From assembly GCA_016212855.1 (NCBI GenBank), contig JACRDP010000010.1, positions 42,954 to 106,953 on the forward strand: a DNA stretch of 64,000 nt. The letters are read 5' to 3'. Of the stretch, positions 29,502-40,290 are shown piece after piece (position 1 is the first letter of the stretch; every line of letters begins with the position of its first letter). A program made the position numbers and the translations under genes. The notes beneath the pieces are model-generated. The model searched no databases and was not told where the DNA came from. It saw only the letters and a program-made list of their open reading frames with translations. This DNA comes from Elusimicrobiota bacterium. GTDB lineage: Bacteria > Elusimicrobiota > Elusimicrobia > UBA1565 > UBA9628.

Positions 29502-32500
29502 GGATATTCCTCGTCGCGGGACTCGTCCTCCTGGCGGCTCTGCCGGCTTCGGCCGTGCGTCCGTCCGAGCGCGCGAAGAAGGACGCGAAGCGCTTCGGCC
29601 TCGACAAACTCGAGCGGACGAGGACGCGCACGCCGCGCGCCCGGATGAACGAGGATTTCGGCCGCTTCAATTCGTCGTCGGGCGGCCGCTGGAAACTGCG
29701 GCTCGACCCGCGCACCGGCGAGCCCTCGGCGCTGAGCGAAGGCCGCACCGCGCCCCGGCGCGGCCGGGCGACCGACGTCTCCGGCCAGTTCTTGCAGGAG
29801 CAGGGGACCTTCCTCGGGCTTGATCCCGCGACTTTGCAGGTCGAAAAGGAATCGACCGGCGACGGCCACCGGCACGTGCTTTACCGCCAGACCTACCGCG
29901 GCCTGCCCGTCGAGTTCGCCCGGGTCAAGGTCCACCTCGACGACGCCGGCTCGGTGCTCGGCTTCAATTCGACCTACGAGCCCGACCTGCGCGTCGACGT
30001 CAATCCCACCGTGTCCGCGTCCGAAGCGTCCAGAATCGCCGAAGGCGATTCCCAGGGAACGGCCGACGGCGCCGCCGAGCTCGTCGTTCTTCCCGTCCAG
30101 TCCACCGGCCGCGCGCACCTCGCCTGGAAGATCAAGGTCCGGTCCGTGCACGCGGCCTGGCGCTACTACATCGACGCGCGCACCGGCCAGATCCTTTTCC
30201 GCTACGACAACCTGCGCTTCGCCGTGTGCCTGACGTCGGGAGTGATCGCGGGCTCCGTCTACGACGTCGACCCCTCGAGCACGCCGGCGCAGAATCGCCC
30301 GCTGAACAATCAGTGGGTCTACATCGCCGACGCTTCGACACGGTCCCTGACCGTGGCCGACCCGGTCTTCGGCAACGGCTTTTTCTGCGGCGGCGCGACG
30401 GGCAAGGTCTCCATGGGTCTGCAGGGCCCCTTCGTCAACGCCGCCAACTTCCGCGGGCCGAGCATGCACTACGACAACGGCGGCGGCGTGTGGTCGACGC
30501 TCTCCAGCCCCATCTCATCCCCGCATCCCTACCCCAACTCCACGACCCAAGTGTCCACGATCAACCTGACTCTCGCCGCCCCCACGGCCGTGAAGTTCCT
30601 GCCCGTCTTCAGCACTTTCAAAGTCGGCGAGTTCTCCGGCGCCGACACGTCCGACTCCGCCGGCGGCGGAATCGCCGACGACGACCAACTCAGCATCGTC
30701 GACGGCTTCGGCGAGCCGGTCGCGAGCTTCATCGGCGACCGCGGCGCCTTCAACGGCACGGCCGTGGCGGGCAAGGTCATGCGCCTGTACCTGAAATCCA
30801 ACGAGAGCGGGCAGCACGACGGCTACGACGTCTCGTTGTCGAGCTATCTGTCGCTGACGAGCCCGTTCACCTTCGGCGCCCCGAGCACGTCGAGCCACGT
30901 CTGGACCACGGCCGACGCCCCGGTCGGCCTGCGCGGCGAGCTCAACATCTTCTACCACATCAACTTGATGCACGATTACTTCTTCAACGACGTCAACAAG
31001 TCGAGCGCCGCGCCTGTATCCCGGCCCGTGGTCGCGATGGCCCACGTCGGCCCGAACATGTCCAACGCCTTCTACAACCCGGACTACGACAACCTGATGT
31101 TCGGAGACGTGAACGCTGTGGCCCCGCAGGAAGGGTTTACCGACGACGCGACCGTCGTCCATCACGAGTACGTGCATTACCTCGTCGAGAAGATTTGGTC
31201 CATCCAGAACTTCGGCCAAGCCGGGGCGATCTCGGAGGCGCAGGCCGACTACTTCTCGGCGAGCTCGCTCAACAACTCCTCCATCGGCACCTACGTTCTC
31301 GCGACGCTCGGCGGAACGGGGGCGTTGCGCGAGCTGGACTGCACAAAGCCCGGCATCACCTGCCGCGTGCTCAGCAGCCTCTCCTGGGCCGGCGAAATCC
31401 ACGACGACAGCATCTTCCTCTCGCAGGCCGAATGGGACATCCGCCGCGACCGCATCGCCGCCCTCGGCCCGGCGGCGGGGCGATCCTGCGCGGACGGCCT
31501 GGTCTTCCAGTCGATGCTCTTCTTCCCGGAGAGCTTCAGCGAGGTCTACGACGCGATGCGCCGCGTCGACGCCGAGGGCCGCGTCGCCGCCTGCGGCGGC
31601 GCGGGCACCGCGCAGGCGGCCATCAATACCGCCTTCGCCTCGCACGGACTGGTGCTCGGCGCGGGCGACGTGTACGAGCGCAACGACGGCTTCGAGACCG
31701 CGACCGACGTCAGCACGCGCCCGGCCGTCTCGGGCACGATCTTCCCTTCGAGCGACAACGACTTCTTCTCCTTCGGCGCCGGCGCGGGCCTCGTCAAGAT
31801 CACCCTGTCTTTGCCTCCCTCCGGCGGCTACTACAAGGGCTATCAGCTGAAGCTCTTCGACCGCTCGCACCGCCTGGTGGCGGCTGCGGCGCCCCCCTAC
31901 GACGGCGTCAACACGGTCGACGGGCTCTGCGAGGTGTTCGACTGCAACACGACCGCTTCGACGGTCGATATCCAGTACAACAACCCGACCGGCGGGCTGT
32001 TTTATCTTCAAATCATCGGCGGCGACTGCGTCAACGGGTCGGCGAGCGGCGTCCAATCCACGACGCCCTACGGGCTGACGTTCTCCTACCAGCAGTCCGG
32101 CGCGCTGGGAGGCTCGATCGTGACCGCGAGCTTCGACAACGACACGATCCGCTTCGACGTGGACGTGACCACCTTCGTGAGCACCCAGAACTGGCGGTTC
32201 TCCACGGTGCAGCTGCGCGACCACTCGTTCAACATCTTGAGCAACACCCAGCTCAACTTCCCGCCGCTGGCGGGGGACTTCCTGACCTTCGTGTCGTCCT
32301 CCAACGGCCTCGGCCACATCTCCGGCACGGTGCGCCTCTCGCCGGGCTTCGCCACGCGCTACCCCGCGTCGGGCACCGTGCACCTCGAGGTCTTCGGCTA
32401 CAACGTGCACGGCAGCACCTCCTCGCTGGGCATGTCGAACCCGATCAACCTCACCGCCTCCCTGACCGAGCTGACCGCCTACAACAACGTCTTCAACCCG

Positions 32501-32746
32501 GCCCGCGGCGACAAGACCACGATCAAGTACGCGACCGTGGAGCCCGGACGCGTCGTGATCAAGCTGTTCACGGTCACGGGCGCCTACGTCGCGACCTTGC
32601 TCGACGCGGACATGCCCGCCGGCCGCGGCACCATGGACTGGGGCGGGCGCAACGTCAGCGGTTCGGTCGTCTCGAGCGGCATCTATCTCCTGCGCATCGA
32701 CGCTCCGGGCCTCCATAAGACCCAGAAGATCGCGGTCATCAAATGA
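29498..32746 (+). CDS. secreted zinc metalloprotease (PepSY/FTP propeptide-like N-region, HExxH) with T9SS-type C-terminal sorting domain (FlgD-Ig-like)
   Basis: Signal peptide. PepSY-like YRQTYRGLPV and AHLAWKIKV segments. HEYVHYLVEK with a downstream E. C-terminal approx. 90 aa match the T9SS type A sorting-domain pattern. Confidence 0.75.
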   Translation: MRIFLVAGLVLLAALPASAVRPSERAKKDAKRFGLDKLERTRTRTPRARMNEDFGRFNSSSGGRWKLRLDPRTGEPSALSEGRTAPRRGRATDVSGQFLQEQGTFLGLDPATLQVEKESTGDGHRHVLYRQTYRGLPVEFARVKVHLDDAGSVLGFNSTYEPDLRVDVNPTVSASEASRIAEGDSQGTADGAAELVVLPVQSTGRAHLAWKIKVRSVHAAWRYYIDARTGQILFRYDNLRFAVCLTSGVIAGSVYDVDPSSTPAQNRPLNNQWVYIADASTRSLTVADPVFGNGFFCGGATGKVSMGLQGPFVNAANFRGPSMHYDNGGGVWSTLSSPISSPHPYPNSTTQVSTINLTLAAPTAVKFLPVFSTFKVGEFSGADTSDSAGGGIADDDQLSIVDGFGEPVASFIGDRGAFNGTAVAGKVMRLYLKSNESGQHDGYDVSLSSYLSLTSPFTFGAPSTSSHVWTTADAPVGLRGELNIFYHINLMHDYFFNDVNKSSAAPVSRPVVAMAHVGPNMSNAFYNPDYDNLMFGDVNAVAPQEGFTDDATVVHHEYVHYLVEKIWSIQNFGQAGAISEAQADYFSASSLNNSSIGTYVLATLGGTGALRELDCTKPGITCRVLSSLSWAGEIHDDSIFLSQAEWDIRRDRIAALGPAAGRSCADGLVFQSMLFFPESFSEVYDAMRRVDAEGRVAACGGAGTAQAAINTAFASHGLVLGAGDVYERNDGFETATDVSTRPAVSGTIFPSSDNDFFSFGAGAGLVKITLSLPPSGGYYKGYQLKLFDRSHRLVAAAAPPYDGVNTVDGLCEVFDCNTTASTVDIQYNNPTGGLFYLQIIGGDCVNGSASGVQSTTPYGLTFSYQQSGALGGSIVTASFDNDTIRFDVDVTTFVSTQNWRFSTVQLRDHSFNILSNTQLNFPPLAGDFLTFVSSSNGLGHISGTVRLSPGFATRYPASGTVHLEVFGYNVHGSTSSLGMSNPINLTASLTELTAYNNVFNPARGDKTTIKYATVEPGRVVIKLFTVTGAYVATLLDADMPAGRGTMDWGGRNVSGSVVSSGIYLLRIDAPGLHKTQKIAVIK

Positions 32747-33894
32747 GGAAAGCCGCCGTCGCCGTGCTGATGTTGGTCTGCGCCGCGCCCGCGGTCCGCG
32801 CCGCGGGGCCGGGCACGACGGCCGTGCCCGTGCTGCAGATACCGATGTCCGCGCGCGCCGCCGGCATGGGGACCTCCTTCACCGCCGTCGCCAGCGACGC
32901 CTCCGCGCTGTTTTACAACCCGGCCGGGCTGGCCCGCTTGAACGCGCACGAGCTCGATTTCAGCTTCGCTTCCGGGCAGGGCGAGACGTCGATCCAGAAT
33001 TTCGCCTACGCCGGACCCACGCCGTTTACGGGCATCTCCGGCAACGGCTACACCAGCTTCGGCGCGAACCTGCTGTACTCGCAAAGCGGAAAGATCGAGA
33101 TCAACCGCCTCGCTCCCAACGGCTCCTTGGCCTCCTCCGAGAGCGTGAGCGCGGGCTCGGATCTCGTGCTCTCGGGCGGCTACGCCGAGCGCGTGGGGAT
33201 GACGCCGCTCGAATTGCGCGACCAGACCTATCAGATCGACCATTATCTCGGGATCGGGGGAAAGTACGTGCGCTCGACGATCGTGAGCAAGACGGGCAGC
33301 GCCTTCGCCGCCGACGTCGGCTACCTCGTGCACTCGCCGGAGGCGGGCTGGAGCTTCGGCGCCTCGGCCCTCAACGTCGGCGGCAAGATCAAGTACAACG
33401 AGGAGCGGGAGCCCCTGCCGACGACGTTTCGCGGCGGCTTCGCCTGGCAGGGCGGCGTGCCCTCGGTGCACAACGTGATCGCCTCGCTCGACGGCGACTA
33501 TCTGACGCACGAGCGGGAATGGCACGCGAACCTGGGTCTGGAGTACTTCTGGGTGAAGACCTACGGCATGCGCATCGGCTATCAGGTCCATCGCGACGAC
33601 GCGGGCCTCACCGTGGGCTTGGGCCTGCGCTGGAAGGGGCGCTTCCTGTTCGACTACGCGTGGGGCCTGGCCAAGTCCCTGAGCGACCAGCACCGCATCA
33701 CGGTCTCTTATCGCTTCGGGGGCGTGCCGCCCTCCCAGCGCGGCCGCCAGCGCCGGCCCTTCATCGAATCGGTCCCGGAGCGCGATCAGCTGCGCAACAT
33801 CGAGGACCGCCAGCCGCAGTTCACCGATCCGCCTCCGCGACCCCGCGCCGTGCCGCGCGAGCGCAGCACCGGCGTCCCCGGCTGGATCTATTGA
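32743..33894 (+). CDS. PorV/PorQ-like outer-membrane beta-barrel protein
   Basis: Signal peptide then SARAAGMGTSFTAVASDASALFYNPAGLA, the signature N-terminal motif of the PorV family. ATGA overlap with the upstream protease gene. Confidence 0.6.
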   Translation: MRKAAVAVLMLVCAAPAVRAAGPGTTAVPVLQIPMSARAAGMGTSFTAVASDASALFYNPAGLARLNAHELDFSFASGQGETSIQNFAYAGPTPFTGISGNGYTSFGANLLYSQSGKIEINRLAPNGSLASSESVSAGSDLVLSGGYAERVGMTPLELRDQTYQIDHYLGIGGKYVRSTIVSKTGSAFAADVGYLVHSPEAGWSFGASALNVGGKIKYNEEREPLPTTFRGGFAWQGGVPSVHNVIASLDGDYLTHEREWHANLGLEYFWVKTYGMRIGYQVHRDDAGLTVGLGLRWKGRFLFDYAWGLAKSLSDQHRITVSYRFGGVPPSQRGRQRRPFIESVPERDQLRNIEDRQPQFTDPPPRPRAVPRERSTGVPGWIY

Positions 33895-33908
33895 GCCCGG
33901 CTTAAAGG

Positions 33909-34076
33909 CTAGTGGACGGGCTTAGCCACCATGTCGGCCTGATGCGCGGAGAAGGTCTTCGCAATCAGCTTCACGTCGCCCGTCTTGAGGGTCCGCTCCC
34001 AGCCGCAGCTGCACTTCAGCTTCTTCTTTTCGGAACGGAACTCGTACATGTGGATTTTCATACGCCAGTTTACCAT
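33909..34076 (-). CDS. hypothetical small protein (about 55 aa)
   Basis: Unlisted small ORF MVNWRMKIHMYEFRSEKKKLKCSCGWERTLKTGDVKLIAKTFSAHQADMVAKPVH downstream of the glycoside hydrolase. No RBS support. Confidence 0.2.
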   Translation of the reverse strand: MVNWRMKIHMYEFRSEKKKLKCSCGWERTLKTGDVKLIAKTFSAHQADMVAKPVH

Positions 34077-34101
34077 TCTTACGACGAGGGCCGATAGGCC
34101 C

Positions 34102-35154
34102 TTAGGGCCAGCGAACGCCGGCCAGACGCAACGACAACGCCTCCATGCGCGCGCGCCAATTCCCTTCGGGGCGCGGAGGCGGGGCCGGCTTGAAGGCGCG
34201 GCGTAAAACCTGCTCGGCGGGCTTGCCCTGGATGCTCATGGAGCGGTCCTTAGGCCCGGTGCGCTTTTGGTCCGCCTCCCAGGCCCAGTACAGGAAGCCG
34301 CGGAACCAGGGCTCGCCGCTGAAAGCGCGCACGAAGGATTCCATGTAGGCGGCCTGGACGTCGACGTCGAGCTCGCGCGTCTCATACCATTCCCAAGGAC
34401 GGAGGTTCGCGCCTTTTTGCGCCGCGAGCCCGACCTCGGTGAAGATCACGGGGCGGCCGTTGAATTTCGAGAGCGCGGCGAGCATGGCGACCCACGGCCG
34501 CCAGTTCGCGGTCAGCGCGGCGACGTCGGCGCCGCCGATCACCGGGTAGTAGCCGTCGACGCCGATATAGTCCAAGTCCTTCCAGAAGGAGACGTACTCG
34601 GCCGAGTGCCAGTTGGCGGCGTAGGTCAGGGGTCCGGAATAGACGGCTCGAATCTCCTTGATCAATGAGCGCCACTGCGCCCCGTGGCCCGGCAAGGTCA
34701 GCAACGCGAGCTCGGTCCCGACGGCGAACATCTCGCACTTCTCCACGGCGGCGAGGCGGGCGTAGCGCAGCATGTGGCCGCGGTATAGGAAGAACCACCG
34801 ATCTGGATCGGTGGGGTTCATCAGCGCGCGCGGATTGCCGTCGCGGCTGTCGGCGTGCGGCTTGAGCATGACCTTGAGGCCGCGGGCCTTCGCCGCGCGG
34901 ATCGCGAAACGGAGGGAGTCTTCGCTCGCGGTCCCGTCGTTGGCGAGAAGCTCGGGATCGCGGCAGTCCTTCGTATAGACCGTCGGAACGATCGCGACCC
35001 AGCCCGCGCCCATCTCCGCCATTCCCGCGTGCGCCGCGACGGCGGCGGGCGACGCGTAGGCGTCGTGCCACCAGACGGGGAAGTTGAAGCCGTAGATCAT
35101 CTCCGTCGCGGGGGCGGGGACGGCCAGCAGAACCACGAGAAGCGCGGCGCGCAT
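34102..35154 (-). CDS. secreted glycoside hydrolase (TIM-barrel, GH5/GH113-like)
   Basis: Signal peptide. TIM-barrel hydrolase-like pattern (FTEVGL...WEW...). Family assignment is tentative. Confidence 0.55.
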   Translation of the reverse strand: MRAALLVVLLAVPAPATEMIYGFNFPVWWHDAYASPAAVAAHAGMAEMGAGWVAIVPTVYTKDCRDPELLANDGTASEDSLRFAIRAAKARGLKVMLKPHADSRDGNPRALMNPTDPDRWFFLYRGHMLRYARLAAVEKCEMFAVGTELALLTLPGHGAQWRSLIKEIRAVYSGPLTYAANWHSAEYVSFWKDLDYIGVDGYYPVIGGADVAALTANWRPWVAMLAALSKFNGRPVIFTEVGLAAQKGANLRPWEWYETRELDVDVQAAYMESFVRAFSGEPWFRGFLYWAWEADQKRTGPKDRSMSIQGKPAEQVLRRAFKPAPPPRPEGNWRARMEALSLRLAGVRWP

Positions 35155-35166
35155 CCGGCGATTATA
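35155..35166 (-). promoter_or_regulatory. -10 hexamer TATAAT 6 nt upstream of ATG (leaderless-type promoter)
   Basis: Minus strand TATAAT-CGCCGG-ATG. Confidence 0.45.
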
Positions 35167-35224
35167 GCTTAGGCCGGGCGCGAGACGCCCGGCACAGATG
35201 CCGCGGCGGAAAGCCTTATAGCAT

Positions 35225-37057
<1,833 letters not shown>

Positions 37058-37069
37058 TCTATTTTTCCT

Positions 37070-38797
37070 TTACTTGGGTCGGGCGCCGTATTCGCGGGGA
37101 GTGATGATCGCGGATTCCTTGACCACGGCGTGAGGCAGGAGCATGAAGCGATCCGCGTCGAGCTTGAGAACCACGTAGTCGAGAGTGATGTCGATGACTT
37201 CGCCGGCGTTGTCGCCGATCGTGACCTTGTCCCCGATGTGGAACACCTTGGACTTGAGCAGGATCGCGCCCTGGATAGCGGCGTTGAGCTGGTCGTTGAT
37301 CATCGTGGAGACGAGGGCCGTCGAGACGACGAGGCCGATGCCCAGGGCCATCCAAGAGACGCCGACGGAGTTGAGGAGGAAGGAGCCGCCGATGAGCCAA
37401 GAGAGAGCGCTCACGCCGAGCTTGACGACGGTCGTGACCGGGCGGCTCCAGCCGTAGCGCGTCTGGAGCTTATCGATGCCGGTCCGGATGGACTTGGAGA
37501 TCGAGTTCGTCAGGATCGCGACGAGTCCGCCCTGGACCCAAGGGAGGACGGCCCCGACCCAGCCGAAGGCCGTCGCGGCGACGGCGGGGGCGAGCAGCGG
37601 GAAGAAGGACAGCGCGACGATCGCGCCGGCCGACCACAGGATGGGCTTCCACAGAGCGGGCGTGGCCGCGTCCTTGATCGCGCGCAGGAGGCCGCGCGGG
37701 AGAGCGGGCTTGCTGAGATGCAGGCGCAGGGCCTTCGTCTGATAGCTGCCGTATAAAATCGTTCCGGCGGCCGCGACCTGGTTGTAGGTGCGCAGGATGT
37801 AGCTGCCGTCTTCGGCCTTGAGGACCATGTAGCGCAAGGTCAGGTCGTGGACGACGCCGGTGGTTTTTCCGATGGTGACCTTATCACCGATGTTGAAGGG
37901 ACGCGACAGAAGAAAGCGCACGCCCTGGAAAAGATTGCCCGCGATGTCCTTGGTCGTCGGCGCGAGGAGGAAGTTGAGCGTCGTGACGCCCGCGCTGGCG
38001 CCGACCGCGGTGAGCACGCCCGCCGCGGGAAGGCCGAGCGTGACGAGGCTGACGCTGACGCCGGCGACCCAGAGAACCGCGCTCGTGGCGAAGCGCGCCA
38101 GAACGACGCCGTCCTTGTCGAGGCCGAGTCGCGGCGCGAGTTTGTCGATGACCCAGCGCGAGACGCGGGTCAGGCCGTAGGCGGCCGCGAGGGCGCCGAG
38201 GCTTTCCGCGTACGGCAAGGCGGTGGTCGCCCATTCGGGAAGCTGCGCCAGGCCGGGGAGGGCGGGCAGAGCCGCGACGGGAGCGAGCATGGCGGCGCCG
38301 CGCAGAAGACGAGAGGTGGACTTCACGGGCGTCGCGGCGGCGGGAACGGCGTCGTCGGTCTCGGGCTTAGAGGCGGCGCCCGACCAGAACTGCTCGCCTT
38401 CGGCGCGAAGCGCGACGGGACTGTCGGACGGCTTCATCTCGCGAGCGGCGGCGGCATGAATGGTCGTCAGAGCCGCGGGCACGGCGGCTTTCGCGGCGGC
38501 GGCCGCAGTCACGGGGATCGCGGCGGCGGGAAGGACGGGAACGGTCGCGGCCTGAGCGACGATCGGGGCGGCGGACGCCGCCGGCGACGTGACCGGCGTG
38601 AGGCCGAGGGCCAAGGAAGGCGTGAGCACCGCGCTATTGAGGGAAGGGGCCGCGTTGAACCCCGAAACGCCGAGAACGGGAACCACGCTGATCCCGGCCG
38701 GGACGCGGGAAACGCCGGCCGCGACGCGGGTCTGGGCGGCAGACGGTGAAGTCAGGACCGCGCACAGCGAAAGGGCGATGATCGGTTGAAATTTCAT
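37070..38797 (-). CDS. mechanosensitive ion channel family protein with two MscS-type beta domains
   Basis: Multiple TM helices. Two copies of the MscS middle-domain motif (NIGDKVTIGKTTGVVHDLTLRYMVLKAEDG and HIGDKVTIGDNAGEVIDITLDYVVLKLDAD). Confidence 0.7.
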   Translation of the reverse strand: MKFQPIIALSLCAVLTSPSAAQTRVAAGVSRVPAGISVVPVLGVSGFNAAPSLNSAVLTPSLALGLTPVTSPAASAAPIVAQAATVPVLPAAAIPVTAAAAAKAAVPAALTTIHAAAAREMKPSDSPVALRAEGEQFWSGAASKPETDDAVPAAATPVKSTSRLLRGAAMLAPVAALPALPGLAQLPEWATTALPYAESLGALAAAYGLTRVSRWVIDKLAPRLGLDKDGVVLARFATSAVLWVAGVSVSLVTLGLPAAGVLTAVGASAGVTTLNFLLAPTTKDIAGNLFQGVRFLLSRPFNIGDKVTIGKTTGVVHDLTLRYMVLKAEDGSYILRTYNQVAAAGTILYGSYQTKALRLHLSKPALPRGLLRAIKDAATPALWKPILWSAGAIVALSFFPLLAPAVAATAFGWVGAVLPWVQGGLVAILTNSISKSIRTGIDKLQTRYGWSRPVTTVVKLGVSALSWLIGGSFLLNSVGVSWMALGIGLVVSTALVSTMINDQLNAAIQGAILLKSKVFHIGDKVTIGDNAGEVIDITLDYVVLKLDADRFMLLPHAVVKESAIITPREYGARPK

Positions 38798-38888
38798 AGG
38801 TAAATTATATCAGCGGCTCGCGGAACAAGCAAAAGTCCAAGGTCCCAGCCGCTTACGCCATTGGTCCTACTGAAAACGGGTCCTACAA

Positions 38889-38930
38889 AAAACCGGGGCG
38901 CGCGCCACGCGGCGCGCGCCCCGATGAAAG
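38889..38930 (-). terminator. GC-rich hairpin with T-tract on minus strand (orphan terminator-like)
   Basis: GGGGCGCGCGCC-ACGC-GGCGCGCGCCCC. On the plus strand it is preceded by AAAAAA. Confidence 0.4.
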
Positions 38931-39036
38931 CCGCCCGAGATGTCGTACAAGGGTGAGGGGTGACGGCTTTCACGGACATTCTAGCATGTTCCGGCCGTCT
39001 TGCGCAAACGGCGTCCGCGCTATGTATAATCGTCGG

Positions 39037-40290
39037 ATGAACCATTATCGCCTCCTGCGCCGGAGCCTCGCCAAACGCCTCGCCGGCCAGGGCGTCGTTC
39101 ATCTCGCGGGCGGCAAGCCCGTCGCGCGCAATTTCGACGTGGAGTACGCGTTCCGCCAGAATTCCGATTTCCTGTACGTCACGGGCGTCGAGGAGCCCGG
39201 CTGCCATCTGGTGCTCGACGGCTCGCGCGAGATCCTGCTCGTGCCGCGCGTCGACGCGCACCATCGCGTGTGGGAGGGGAACGTCCCCGGCCCGTCCGAG
39301 GCGAAGAAGCTGTTCGGCGTGGACAAGGTGATGTACGCCGACGAGCTGAAGAAGGCCCTGCGCGGACGCCGGCCCGTCGCGGCGTCCAAGCTGCGCGACG
39401 CTCTCGACGAACTGCGCGCGGTCAAGACCGAAGGCGAGCTCGCGCTGATGCGCCGCGCCAACGCGGTCAGCGGCGAGGCGCACGCTGCGGTCATGAGGGC
39501 GACGCGCCCGGGAATGAAGGAGTACGAGCTTCAGGCGATCTTCGACTCGGCGTGCGTCAAGCGCGGGCTCAAGCATCTGGCGTATCCCTCGATCGTCGCG
39601 GCCGGCGTCAACGGCGCGGTCCTGCACTACCGCAAGAACGACGCCGCCCTGCGCTCGGGCGACCTCCTGCTCATCGACGCCGGCGCGGAGCTCGGCGGCT
39701 ACGCCGCCGACATCACGCGCACCTTCCCGATCAACGGGAAGTTCACGCGCCGTCAGCGCGACGTGTACTCGGTCGTGCTCGAGGCGCAGAAAAAGTGCAT
39801 CGCCAGGGCGCGGCCCGGCATCATCTCCGCGGATCTGCACGTGTACTCCATGCGCGTGATCGCCGAGGGGCTCAAAGATCTGGGCTTTCTCAAGGGCGAC
39901 GTGGACGGCCTCGTCGAGGGCGGCGCGGTGCGCCTTTTCTATCCGCACGGACTGACGCACATGCTCGGCCTCGACGTGCACGACGTGATGGGGGGCAAGC
40001 GCCGCGTGCTTCCGAACCCGACGAAGGTGCCCGTCCGTTTCGTGGCCAAGCTCGAGCCCGGCTTCGTGATCACCATGGAGCCCGGCGTGTACTTCATCGA
40101 GGCCCTGCTCAAGGACCCGGTTCTGCGCCGCAAGCACAAGGACAGCGTCGATTTCGCCAAGGCCGACTCGTTCCTCGACTTCGGCGGCATCCGCATCGAG
40201 GACGACATCGTCGTCCGCGACGGCCCCGCCGAGAACCTCACCCGCGTTCCCAAGGAGATCGACGCCGTCGAGGCCGCCTGTGCGCGCTGA
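39037..40290 (+). CDS. Xaa-Pro aminopeptidase (M24B family)
   Basis: YRQNSDFLYVTG N-domain. HGLTHMLGLDVHD...EPGVY...IRIEDD metal ligands. TATAAT 6 nt upstream of the ATG at about 39037. Alternative starts at 39022 / 38953. Confidence 0.8.
   Translation: MNHYRLLRRSLAKRLAGQGVVHLAGGKPVARNFDVEYAFRQNSDFLYVTGVEEPGCHLVLDGSREILLVPRVDAHHRVWEGNVPGPSEAKKLFGVDKVMYADELKKALRGRRPVAASKLRDALDELRAVKTEGELALMRRANAVSGEAHAAVMRATRPGMKEYELQAIFDSACVKRGLKHLAYPSIVAAGVNGAVLHYRKNDAALRSGDLLLIDAGAELGGYAADITRTFPINGKFTRRQRDVYSVVLEAQKKCIARARPGIISADLHVYSMRVIAEGLKDLGFLKGDVDGLVEGGAVRLFYPHGLTHMLGLDVHDVMGGKRRVLPNPTKVPVRFVAKLEPGFVITMEPGVYFIEALLKDPVLRRKHKDSVDFAKADSFLDFGGIRIEDDIVVRDGPAENLTRVPKEIDAVEAACAR

Noticed and set aside
30226-32718. 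830-aa plus-frame and 733-aa minus-frame ORFs overlapping the metalloprotease gene
   Set aside because: Only the 29498..32746 frame gives a signal peptide, PepSY-like segments, HExxH and the sorting domain. The others are R/G-rich nonsense frames.
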